Both the position numbers and the translations under genes were made by a program. DNA of 64,000 bases from Alphaproteobacteria bacterium (GTDB lineage Bacteria; Pseudomonadota; Alphaproteobacteria; Bin95): the NCBI GenBank assembly GCA_965205265.1, contig CBDBGH010000003.1, positions 1,984,001 through 2,048,000 on the forward strand, in the 5' to 3' direction. Below are positions 26,974 to 35,145 of this stretch, one piece after another. Below the pieces are notes generated by a model, which saw nothing but the letters and a program-made list of their open reading frames with translations, made no database searches and was not told where the DNA came from. The number at the start of each line of letters is the position of its first letter. Position 1 is the stretch's first letter.

Positions 26974-28217
26974 ACGCCTTCGAGATCGAGAGGGTGCGCG
27001 GAAGGCGGGTCTGGGACTCGCGCGGGCGGCCGACGGTGGAGGCCGAAGTGCATCTCGCGGGCGGCGCGGTCGGGCGGGCGATTGCGCCTGCCGGGGCCTC
27101 GACCGGCTCGGGCGAGGCGCTCGACCGGCGCGATGGCGGCGCGGCCTTCGGCGGGCTCGACGTGATGCAGGCGGTAGCCTCGGTCGAGGGCGAGATCGCG
27201 GCCGCGCTCCGGGGCGTCAGTGTCGAGGACCGGGAAGCGGCGGACCGGCGGCTGATCCGGCTGGACGGCACAGAAGACAAGAGACGCCTGGGCGCCAATG
27301 CCTGCGTCGCCGTGTCGATGGCGGCGGCCTGGGCGGGCGCGGCGGCGGCCGGCCTGCCGCTCTGGCGCTGGCTTGCGGGCGAGGGGGCCGTCTCGCTGCC
27401 GGCCCCGGAAATCCAGATCTTCGGCGGCGGCGCCCATGCGGGGCGGCGGGTCGATATCCAGGACTTCATGGTGACCGCGCCGGGCGCTGAGAGCTTCGCG
27501 CAAGCCTGCGCCTGGACCGCCGAGGTCTATCGCGCGGCCGGCCTCCTTATGGCGGAGGCCGGGCGGCTGCGGGGCGTGGCGGACGAGGGCGGCTTCTGGC
27601 CGGATTTCGACACCAATGAGGCCGCGCTCGACATGCTGGCCCGCGCCATCGAGCGCGCCGGCTTCCGGCCGGGCGAGCAGGTCGCCATCGCGCTGGATGT
27701 GGCGGCAAGCGAGTTCGGGCAGGGCGGGCGCTACCGGCTCGCGCTGGAGGACCGGGAACTCGACAGCGAGGGCATGGGCCGCCTCGTCGGCGGCTGGCTC
27801 GCGCGCTACCCGATCGTCTCGGTGGAGGACCCGCTCGGCGAGGACGACTGGGAGGGCTTCGCCGCCTTTACCTCCGCCCATGGCGAGCGCGTGCAGGTGG
27901 TCGGCGACGACCTGCTCGTGACCTCCGCCCGGCGGGTCGGGGAAGCGGCGCGGCGGGGTGCGGCCAACACGCTGCTCATCAAGCCCAACCAGCGCGGCAC
28001 GCTCGCCGAGGCGAAGGCCGCCTGGGACGCCGCGCGCGAGGCGGGTTTCGGCGGCATCGTCTCGGCGCGCTCCGGCGAGACGGAGGATGTGACCATCGTC
28101 CATCTCGCCGTCGGCTGGGGCGCGCCCGGCCTCAAGGTCGGCTCCTTCGCGCGCTCCGAGCGCATGGCCAAGTGGAACGAGGCAATCCGCATAGAGGAAA
28201 GCCTCGCCCGTGCCTGA
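26970..28217 (+). CDS. Divergent enolase (phosphopyruvate hydratase) paralog
   Basis: DSRGRPTVE, GASTG, DEGG, DVAASEF, SVEDP, VGDDL, IKPNQ, RSGETED; non-canonical DIQDF and VSARSG. Confidence 0.88.
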   Translation: MNAFEIERVRGRRVWDSRGRPTVEAEVHLAGGAVGRAIAPAGASTGSGEALDRRDGGAAFGGLDVMQAVASVEGEIAAALRGVSVEDREAADRRLIRLDGTEDKRRLGANACVAVSMAAAWAGAAAAGLPLWRWLAGEGAVSLPAPEIQIFGGGAHAGRRVDIQDFMVTAPGAESFAQACAWTAEVYRAAGLLMAEAGRLRGVADEGGFWPDFDTNEAALDMLARAIERAGFRPGEQVAIALDVAASEFGQGGRYRLALEDRELDSEGMGRLVGGWLARYPIVSVEDPLGEDDWEGFAAFTSAHGERVQVVGDDLLVTSARRVGEAARRGAANTLLIKPNQRGTLAEAKAAWDAAREAGFGGIVSARSGETEDVTIVHLAVGWGAPGLKVGSFARSERMAKWNEAIRIEESLARA

Positions 28218-28275
28218 TACCGCCCCGATTGCTGCCCGGACGCCGGTCCAAAGACCGTCTCCCGGACACTCCCTC

Positions 28276-28362
28276 CGTCATGGCCGGACTTGTTCCGGCC
28301 ATCCATTTCCGCCGCCGTAATGGCCCCCAAGGGAGATGCCCGGAAAAAGTCCGGGCATGACG
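28276..28362. repeat. CGTC-tagged REP doublet (31-nt spacer) between convergent genes
   Basis: cgtcatggccggacttgttccggccatc (compensatory stem change) and gatgcccggaaaaagtccgggcatgacg. Confidence 0.9.
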
Positions 28363-28421
28363 ATATGGAGACATGGCGGGAAGACGGCCGAAAGGTGAAA
28401 GGGCCGCGTGCGGGGCGGGCG

Positions 28422-28985
28422 TCAGCCCTGTTCGAGCTCGCTGTCCCAGTAGAGGAAGTCGGACCAGCTCTCATGCAGGAAATTGGGCGGGAAGCTGCGC
28501 CCGTTCTCCTGGAGGCGCCAGACGCTCGGCCGGACGGGGAGCTTCTGGAGCCGCATGCCGGAATCGCGCAGCAGCCGGTCGCCCTTGGCGCGGTTGCAGC
28601 GCCCGCAGGCGGCGACGACATTGGTCCATGCCGTGCGCCCGCCGCGCGAGCGCGGCACCACATGGTCAAAGGTCAGCTCTTCCGGCGGCAGGCGCGCGCC
28701 GCAATACTGGCAGCCGAAGCGGTCGCGCAGGAAGACGTTGAAGCGCGTGAAGGCCGGGTGGCGCGCCGGCGCCACATAGTCCCGCAGCGCGATGACGGAG
28801 GGCAGCCGCATGGCCCAGGTCGGCGAGCGCACCTCACGGTCGTATTCGGCCAGCACCTGCACGCGGTTGAGGAACACGGCCTTGACGCTTTCCTGCCACG
28901 ACCAGAGCGACAGCGGGAAATAGCTGAGCGGGCGGAAATCCGCATTCAGCACCAGCGTCGGCACGCTCTCCACAGGCGGCGTCAC
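28422..28985 (-). CDS. HNH endonuclease (McrA-like family common in alphaproteobacteria)
   Basis: LVLNADFRPLSY.PLS, FLRDRF.CQYCG, TFDHVVPRSRGG...W.NVVAAC..CN..K; GGAGG RBS. Confidence 0.93.
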   Translation of the reverse strand: MTPPVESVPTLVLNADFRPLSYFPLSLWSWQESVKAVFLNRVQVLAEYDREVRSPTWAMRLPSVIALRDYVAPARHPAFTRFNVFLRDRFGCQYCGARLPPEELTFDHVVPRSRGGRTAWTNVVAACGRCNRAKGDRLLRDSGMRLQKLPVRPSVWRLQENGRSFPPNFLHESWSDFLYWDSELEQG

Positions 28986-29123
28986 AGCACCCTCCAAACC
29001 CGGACCGCGAATCGGCCCGGCTCCCACCATAGGTGCGTCCAGCGCCGGCGCGCAAGGCTGGGGCGGCGCGAAAGCCGCGTCAGGCGGACGAAATTGCTGC
29101 GGCGGAAGGATGACGGGCGCGGC

Positions 29124-29529
29124 TCAGCCCCGTTCCATTCCGTCCTCCGCCCCGGCCAATTCCTGCGCAACCTTCGCCAGCAGCGCCCGAACGGCCTCGG
29201 CGGCGGCGTCGCGGTCTATGGCTTCGGTTTCGGGATCGACGCCGGTGCAGCGGAACTGGACGGCGTAGGGCGTGTAGCGTTCGGTTTCGCGCCAGGGTTC
29301 GACATCGGCGCCGCACTCGGCCAGGCGGTCCAGCAGCGTCTTGAGGCTATGGGTCAGCGGGTAAAGCTCGCCCAGCAGCGCCAGCCACGCCTTGAACGCT
29401 TTACTCTATGGCCTGCTGAACATGGAAGCCGAAGCCTTCCTCCGGTCCCTCCGCAGCCAGAATCTGAAGCGAGCGCATATCCTGTTCCGCCGAACGGAGC
29501 ATCAGCCGGGCGCATTTAAGGTCGCTCAT
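29124..29529 (-). pseudogene. HEPN-domain protein with a +1 frameshift near 29403
   Basis: MSDLKCARLML...GFHVQQAIE then TAA; removing one base restores KAFKAWL...YPLTHSL...YAVQFR. Confidence 0.82.
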
Positions 29530-29851
29530 AGAGCACCCTGCCTTCCCGGAGCGCGCGGGCGAGGACGTGGTTCAGGGAATCGCGCTAGTATTCCCGTTCG
29601 GCGACCGTGAAGACGAGGATGTCTTTGTCCACGCCGAAGCCGGAGGCCGCCCTGTAGAGCCGCACCGACTCGTCCACGCGGCTCCGGCCCGCCCCGAAGG
29701 GCTCGGCCTCGATGACGATCAGGTCCACGTCGGAATGCTCATGCGCATCGCCGCGGGCGCGCGAGCCGAACAGGATCACCTGCTCGGGATCGACCTCCGC
29801 CACGATCGCGCGGACCATCCCGTCCAGCAACTCATCCGTAACCGGGACCAT
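29516..29851 (-). pseudogene. Minimal nucleotidyltransferase (MNT) antitoxin with premature TAG at 29585-29587
   Basis: VILFGSRARG...SDVDL; frame continues past TAG as RDSLNHVLARALREGRVLYE, the typical MNT C-terminus, overlapping the HEPN start. Confidence 0.82.
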
Positions 29852-29861
29852 CGCCCCTCCC
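29811..29861. repeat. 51-bp direct repeat A (RBS plus first 13 codons of MNT gene)
   Basis: Matches 30442-30492 with 3 mismatches. Confidence 0.9.
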
Positions 29862-29897
29862 TGCCGGCGCGCGTTCCGGGCGGCGATGCCGATGGCG

Positions 29898-30158
29898 TCA
29901 GGCCGCCTGCGGCCTTGCGCGGGTTTCGTCACCCCGGCCCATCAGCAGGCCTTCGACAGAAATGTCCTCGTTGAGTTCGTCCCAATGAAGACCGTTCCCC
30001 GAATAGCCGATCCGGTAGTTTTCCCGCTGCGCCGCCGTTGCGCGTCTCAGCCGCGGAAACCAGACCAGGGGCACGCCGAGCGAGCGCCCGTCATCCAACT
30101 CGACCCACATGGTGTGCGGGTCGAAGGAGACCGCGCGGGCTCTAGTCGAAATGTTCAT
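29898..30158 (-). CDS. DUF2442-family protein (predicted TA component)
   Basis: WVELDDGRSLGVPLVWFPRL..AT...R...GLHWDELNEDISVEGLL. Confidence 0.88.
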   Translation of the reverse strand: MNISTRARAVSFDPHTMWVELDDGRSLGVPLVWFPRLRRATAAQRENYRIGYSGNGLHWDELNEDISVEGLLMGRGDETRARPQAA

Positions 30159-30385
30159 TCCAGGCTCTTTCGATTTCTTCCCGACGCCGCCGCACTATGT
30201 CGGCCAATTCCGAAAGCTGCTTGCGGCTGTAGCCGGCGCTCCTAGCAATTCCCACCTCCGGATACAACCAGAATTTCGCCTCGCCGTCACTGCTTTCCGC
30301 GTGGATATGCACCGGCTCCCGGGGGCGCGCCCTCATTCGAGAAGAAGTGGAAGCGAACATTCCGATGGCGAAAGACCACGGGCAC
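30142..30385 (-). pseudogene. DUF4160-family protein with a +1 frameshift in a G5 run (30321-30325)
   Basis: MPVVFRHRNVRFHFFSNEGAP in one frame continues as REPVHIHAE..GEAKFWL in another. Confidence 0.82.
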
Positions 30386-30441
30386 AGGATTAATCCGCGG
30401 CGTCTCGGCATGAACGACCGGGACAGGCCGGCAATATCGAT

Positions 30442-30492
30442 CGGACCATCCCGTCCAGAAGCTCGTCCGTAACCGGGACCATCGCCCCTCCC
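30442..30492. repeat. 51-bp direct repeat B (orphan 5' fragment of MNT gene)
   Basis: Encodes MVPVTDELLDGMVR on the minus strand, then similarity stops. Confidence 0.9.
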
Positions 30493-30596
30493 CGGTCGAG
30501 GATGATGCCGACAGGAGACAGGGTGGGCAAGCGGGCGCAGTTTCGTCTTTGTGCAGCGACAGGCATATTGCGCGCCGGTCCGGAGGGGATTCGAGC

Positions 30597-31799
30597 ATGG
30601 CGCAAACGGCGGAGGCGGGCATAACGGCCGGGGAAAACCGGACGATCGCGCTGATCGGCGCCGGGCATTTCCTGAGCCATTTCTACGCGCTCACCCTGCC
30701 GCCGCTGTTCCTGTTCTTCCGGGAAGAGTTCGGCGTCAGCTATGCGCTGCTGGGCGCGCTGGTGACAGGCTATGCGATGGTGGGCGGCGTGCTCCAAGCG
30801 CCGGTCGGGCTCGCGGTGGACCGCTGGGGCGCCCGGCCGGTGCTGCTGGCGGGCCTTGCGCTCAACGCCGCCGCCATTGCCGCTATCGGATTCGTTTCCA
30901 GCTATTGGGCGCTGGCGCTGCTGGCGGTGGCGGCCGGCATCGGCAACAGCGTCTTCCATCCGGCCGACTATGCGGTGCTGGCGGCGCGCATTCGCGAACA
31001 GCGGCTGCCGCGCGCTTACAGCCTCCACACCTTCCTCGGCTTCTTCGGCACTGCGGTGGCGCCGCTGACGATGGCGGCGCTGGCGGCATTAATGGGTTGG
31101 CGAAACGCCGTCATGCTGGCCGGCGCGGCGGGCATCGCGACCGTGCTGGCGATGGCGATGAGCGGCGGCGCCGTCGCCTCCCCGCCGCGCAACGGGGACG
31201 CGGCAGCGGACGCTGCGCCCGCGCGGTGGCTCTCCCTGCCGATCCTGCTGTTCTTCGGCTTCTTCGCGGCCTACGGCATGGCAAGCGGCGGCATCATGTC
31301 CTTCACGGTCATCGGCCTCGGCAAGCTCTACGGCCTCGACCCGGCATCCGCCGGCGCGGTGCTGACGACGGCGCTGCTGGCGCTCGCGTTCGGCATACTG
31401 GCGGGCGGCGAACTGCCGGACCGCGAACGATGGCAGGTGTATGTCACCGGCGCGGCGCTCATCGGCGGCGGGGCGCTGACGGCGCTTGCCGGCTTCGCCG
31501 ATATCGGCGTTGTCGGCCTCGCCGCGCTGCTGGGGGTTGCCGGGTTCGCAATGGGCGTCGTGCTGCCGGCGCGCGACCTGATCCTCCGGCGGATCACGCC
31601 GCCCGGCAGCACCGGCCGGGTGATCGGCTTCGTATTTGTCGGGCTGTCCGTCGGCGGCGGCCTCGCGCCGCTCCTGTTCGGCTGGACGATGGACCGCGAG
31701 TGGCCGGTCCTGCTGTTCCTCGGCTGCGGGGCCTTCCTCGTTCTCGCCTTTCTCTGCTCCTTCGGCGCGGTTCTCGCCGCCCGGCGCATGCCGCGCTGA
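30597..31799 (+). CDS. MFS transporter
   Basis: GHFLSHFY, G..VDRWG.R, GIGNSVFHPADY, about 12 hydrophobic segments. Confidence 0.92.
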   Translation: MAQTAEAGITAGENRTIALIGAGHFLSHFYALTLPPLFLFFREEFGVSYALLGALVTGYAMVGGVLQAPVGLAVDRWGARPVLLAGLALNAAAIAAIGFVSSYWALALLAVAAGIGNSVFHPADYAVLAARIREQRLPRAYSLHTFLGFFGTAVAPLTMAALAALMGWRNAVMLAGAAGIATVLAMAMSGGAVASPPRNGDAAADAAPARWLSLPILLFFGFFAAYGMASGGIMSFTVIGLGKLYGLDPASAGAVLTTALLALAFGILAGGELPDRERWQVYVTGAALIGGGALTALAGFADIGVVGLAALLGVAGFAMGVVLPARDLILRRITPPGSTGRVIGFVFVGLSVGGGLAPLLFGWTMDREWPVLLFLGCGAFLVLAFLCSFGAVLAARRMPR

Positions 31800-31819
31800 G
31801 CCCGGTTCTTCCGGGCCGG

Positions 31820-33439
31820 CTAAGGCCCCGCATCCTCCAGCATCATGTAGGCTGCCTTTTCGGCGATCATCATGGTGGGAGCGTGCGTGTTGCCGTTGGT
31901 GAGGGTGGGCATGACCGAGGCGTCCGCGACGCGCAGGCCCGACACGCCATGCACGCAAAGGCGCGGATCGACCACCGCCATCGGGTCCGTGCCCATCTTG
32001 CAGGTGCCGACCGGGTGGTAGATCGCGAACCCCGCCTCGCGGGCGAAGTCCAGCCACTCCCCGTCGCTCCGCACCGCCGCGCCCGGCAGCTCCTCGAAGG
32101 CGACATGGCGGCTCATGGCCTCGGTCTCCATCAGGGCGCGGGCGATCTTCATGCCGCCCACCAGCGCCCGGCGGTCGAACTCCGCGGAAAGATAGTTGCC
32201 CCTGATCGCCGGCTGCTCGTCTGCGCAGGCCGAACGGATATGGATCGTCCCGACGCTTTCCGGCCGCGTCTGGTATGTGCCGACGGTCATGCCCGGCGTC
32301 CGCGCCAGCGCCTTGGTCCGGGGGTCGTCATAGCTCGCCGGAACGATGTGGTACTGAACGTCCGGGGCGGCGAGATCGTCCCGCGTGCGCACGAATCCCG
32401 CGACCACGCCGGGCGTGAGCGTCAACAGCCCGCGCCGCGTCACCGCATAGCGAAGAACCTCGCCGGCGAACGCCAGGCCGCGCGACTTCTCGTTGACGGT
32501 GACCGGACGCGCGATGCGCCAGGACTTCCGCACCATGTAATGGTCGCGGTAGTTCTCGCCGACGCCCGGCAGCGCCCTTTGCACCTCGATCCCCTGGGCC
32601 CGCAGCACATCGGGGTTGCCGATGCCCGACAATTCCAGCAATTGCGGCGACTGCACCGCGCCTGCCGACAGCGCAATGCCCCGCTCGGCCGCCGCCCGTT
32701 CCAGCCGGCCGGCCCGCCGGTATTCCACAGCAACGGCGCGCCCGTCCTCGATCACCACCCGCTCCGCCAGCGCGTGGGTGCGCAACTCGATATTGGGGCG
32801 CCTCAACGCGGGCTTCAGGAAGGCCCGGAAGGCGCTGTGCCGAAGGCCGTTCTTCTGGCAGACCTGGTAGTAGCCGAAGCCGTCGTGCGAGGCGCCGTTA
32901 TAGTCGGGGTTGCGGGGATAGCCGAGTTCCTCGCCGGCGCGAATGACGTCGTCGGTGAGTTCGAAGCGGTCGCGCATGTCGGAGACCCGAAGCTCTCCGG
33001 ACGTGCCGCGAAAGGCCGGGTCGCCGCCGTCGCGCCGCTCGGACTTCCTGAAGAAGGGCAGCACCTCCTCCCAGGACCAGCCGCGATTGCCCATCTGCGC
33101 CCAGTCGTCGAAGTCGCGCGCGTTGCCGCGCACATAGAGCATGCCGTTGATCGACGACGAGCCGCCTACGACCTTGCCGCGCGGCAGCGGCATGGCGCGG
33201 TTGTGGGTGTAGTCCTCCGGGTCGATCTCGAAGCGCCAGTTCACAGCGCTGCTGTTAAGGGTCCTGGTGTAGCCGGCGGGGATGTGGATGAAGGGGTTGC
33301 GGTCCATCCCGCCCGCCTCCAGCACCAGCACCCGGTGGCCGGCCCGCTCGGAAAGGCGCGCGGCCAGCACGGAGCCGGCCGAGCCGGTGCCGACGACGAT
33401 CCAGTCGAAGCTGCCCGCGTCCTCTGCGCCGCCGTTCAC
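31820..33439 (-). CDS. GMC-family oxidoreductase (choline dehydrogenase-like)
   Basis: VGTGSAG, PRGKVVGGSSSINGMLYVRG, GVGEN..DH, YHPVGTCKMG, LRVADASVMP...GNT. Confidence 0.95.
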   Translation of the reverse strand: MNGGAEDAGSFDWIVVGTGSAGSVLAARLSERAGHRVLVLEAGGMDRNPFIHIPAGYTRTLNSSAVNWRFEIDPEDYTHNRAMPLPRGKVVGGSSSINGMLYVRGNARDFDDWAQMGNRGWSWEEVLPFFRKSERRDGGDPAFRGTSGELRVSDMRDRFELTDDVIRAGEELGYPRNPDYNGASHDGFGYYQVCQKNGLRHSAFRAFLKPALRRPNIELRTHALAERVVIEDGRAVAVEYRRAGRLERAAAERGIALSAGAVQSPQLLELSGIGNPDVLRAQGIEVQRALPGVGENYRDHYMVRKSWRIARPVTVNEKSRGLAFAGEVLRYAVTRRGLLTLTPGVVAGFVRTRDDLAAPDVQYHIVPASYDDPRTKALARTPGMTVGTYQTRPESVGTIHIRSACADEQPAIRGNYLSAEFDRRALVGGMKIARALMETEAMSRHVAFEELPGAAVRSDGEWLDFAREAGFAIYHPVGTCKMGTDPMAVVDPRLCVHGVSGLRVADASVMPTLTNGNTHAPTMMIAEKAAYMMLEDAGP

Positions 33440-34311
33440 AGGTCCACCGATTCCTTCACGCGCCGCATGGCCTCGATATGCGCATCCGCCCCGCGCAAGC
33501 CCGCATCCATCGTGTTCACCGTCAGGTGGGTCGCATCGACGCTCCGCCAGAAGTCGATATCGGCCTGCCAGGACTCCGAGCCTGCAACCTCGCCCCGTTT
33601 GGCGTAGCGCAGCCAGGACTCGATGCCGATGTCGGCCGGGTCGCGCCCGGCCGCGCGGGCATGGTCCCTGAGGCGCTCGACGCGCGCCGCCGTCTTGTCG
33701 GAAGGCGTGACCAGCGGAAACCAGCCGTCGCCGATGCGCCCGATGCGCTCGATGGTCGCCTCGGCATGGCCGCCGATCCAGATCGGGATCGGGCGCTGTA
33801 CGGGCAGCGGGGCGATGCCGGCGTCCCGGAACCCGTGCCAGCGGCCCTCGAAGGTCACCAGCTCCTCGGTCCAGAGCCGGCGCAACAGCGCGATCTGCTC
33901 CTCCGAACGTTTGCCGCGATTGGTGAAGTCCTCGTTCAGCGCCTGGAATTCGACCTGGTTCCAGCCGACCCCGATGCCGAACCGGAGCCGCCCGCCGGAC
34001 AGGATATCCACCTCCGCCGCCTGCTTGGCGACCAGCGCCGTCTGGCGCTGCGGCAGGATGAGGATGCCGGTGACGAACCCGATCCGCTCCGTCAGCGCCG
34101 CAAGCCAGCCGAACAGCACCATCGGCTCGTGGAACATCGACTTGTGCGTATAGGGGCCGGTCAGGGTGTGCGCCGCCGGGTCGGCCCCCAGCACATGGTC
34201 GAAGGCGAGCAGGTGCGCGTAGCCAAGCTCTTCCGCCGCCTGCGCGAAGTCGCGGCAGGCCGCCGGATCGGCCCCGATCTCCGTCTGCGGAAACACAACC
34301 CCGAGCTTCAT
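33436..34311 (-). CDS. LLM-class F420-dependent oxidoreductase
   Basis: FPQTEIG.D, FDHVLGA, FHEP, ILILPQRQTALVAKQAAEVD.LSGGR...GIGVGWN. Confidence 0.9.
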   Translation of the reverse strand: MKLGVVFPQTEIGADPAACRDFAQAAEELGYAHLLAFDHVLGADPAAHTLTGPYTHKSMFHEPMVLFGWLAALTERIGFVTGILILPQRQTALVAKQAAEVDILSGGRLRFGIGVGWNQVEFQALNEDFTNRGKRSEEQIALLRRLWTEELVTFEGRWHGFRDAGIAPLPVQRPIPIWIGGHAEATIERIGRIGDGWFPLVTPSDKTAARVERLRDHARAAGRDPADIGIESWLRYAKRGEVAGSESWQADIDFWRSVDATHLTVNTMDAGLRGADAHIEAMRRVKESVDL

Positions 34312-34482
34312 GTCAGCCCCTCCCTCGCGGCGCTCTTGTTTTGCAAGCCGGAGCTGAGTTTATCCCTCGCAAGGTCCGCGGCACAGACCGGGATATGCCC
34401 AGTCGCGAGCCAAGACGGCTTTTGCCGAGGCGGTCGCCGAACCGGGTTCCATCGCCGGGTAGCTGGCCACGTTTGTAGCCGG

Positions 34483-34878
34483 TCAGTCTGACGCTTCGGT
34501 TCGCAATCCCGCATGGCGCGCAAGCACATCGAAGTCGGAGTCGTTGTGCAGAACGGCTGCATCCGCGCGAATTGCGATAGCGCCGATGAAGCAGTCGAGC
34601 AGCTTGCGAACGGTTTCTCCTTCGCGGCGGCATCGCCGGTAGAGGACGGCTGCTTCGTCGAAGTCGCCCGGCACCGTCGGGAGGATGATCGCTCTCGCAA
34701 GCAGCCGGCGCAGGCTCGACAAGTGGCGTTCGTCCCGCGCTCCGGCAAGCACTTCCATGCGAACTGCGTCGCACACCGCAATTTCTTCTCTGTCCAGCAA
34801 GGCATCGACGCGCTCGCAGATCGGCGAGCGGGTATTGCGAAGGAACTCGACCCATGCCGAGGTGTCGATCAGGATCAC
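34483..34878 (-). CDS. vapC: VapC PIN-domain toxin
   Basis: MILIDTSAWVEF, MEVLAG, DCFI, HNDSDF. Confidence 0.93.
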   Translation of the reverse strand: MILIDTSAWVEFLRNTRSPICERVDALLDREEIAVCDAVRMEVLAGARDERHLSSLRRLLARAIILPTVPGDFDEAAVLYRRCRREGETVRKLLDCFIGAIAIRADAAVLHNDSDFDVLARHAGLRTEASD

Positions 34879-35078
34879 GTCAGACGACCGGTCCGCATTT
34901 CGTCCAGATCGCCTTCCCAGCCCGATCCGCGCATTTGTCGGGCCTCATCGAGGCTCAACGGTTCCGCCGCCACCAGGCGCAACGCAAAATTGACCGCTTC
35001 CCGCTTCGTGCTCAAGCTGTAACGGTGCATGACTTCAGCGCAGGCTCGGTCGTCGATGTCTATATTGGTGCGTGCCAT
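34875..35078 (-). CDS. vapB: VapB antitoxin (ribbon-helix-helix)
   Basis: MARTNIDIDD...TKREAVNFALR...GWEGDLDEMR; GTGA overlap with vapC. Confidence 0.92.
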   Translation of the reverse strand: MARTNIDIDDRACAEVMHRYSLSTKREAVNFALRLVAAEPLSLDEARQMRGSGWEGDLDEMRTGRLT

Positions 35079-35093
35079 GTGTAAAACATACAC
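35079..35093. promoter_or_regulatory. Putative vapBC operator
   Basis: GTGTA-aaaca-TACAC inverted repeat directly upstream of vapB start. Confidence 0.5.
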
Positions 35094-35145
35094 CAAACGA
35101 TGGGGAGAACAAGTCCCTTAAGTCGCGAAGCGATCCGCCTCCCGT

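Noticed and set aside
28422-28985. HNH nuclease as mobiliser of the adjacent REP doublet or as an IscB-like RNA-guided nuclease
   Set aside because: No RuvC or PLMP motifs; it resembles a widespread standalone alphaproteobacterial HNH family and has a REP on one side only
29585-29587. In-frame TAG in MNT as pyrrolysine or programmed readthrough
   Set aside because: One transition from TGG, the partner gene is also broken, and no pyl genes are visible
35107-35116. GAACAAGTCC, identical to the REP loop, upstream of vapB
   Set aside because: 10-nt match without stem arms or CGTC tag; probably chance
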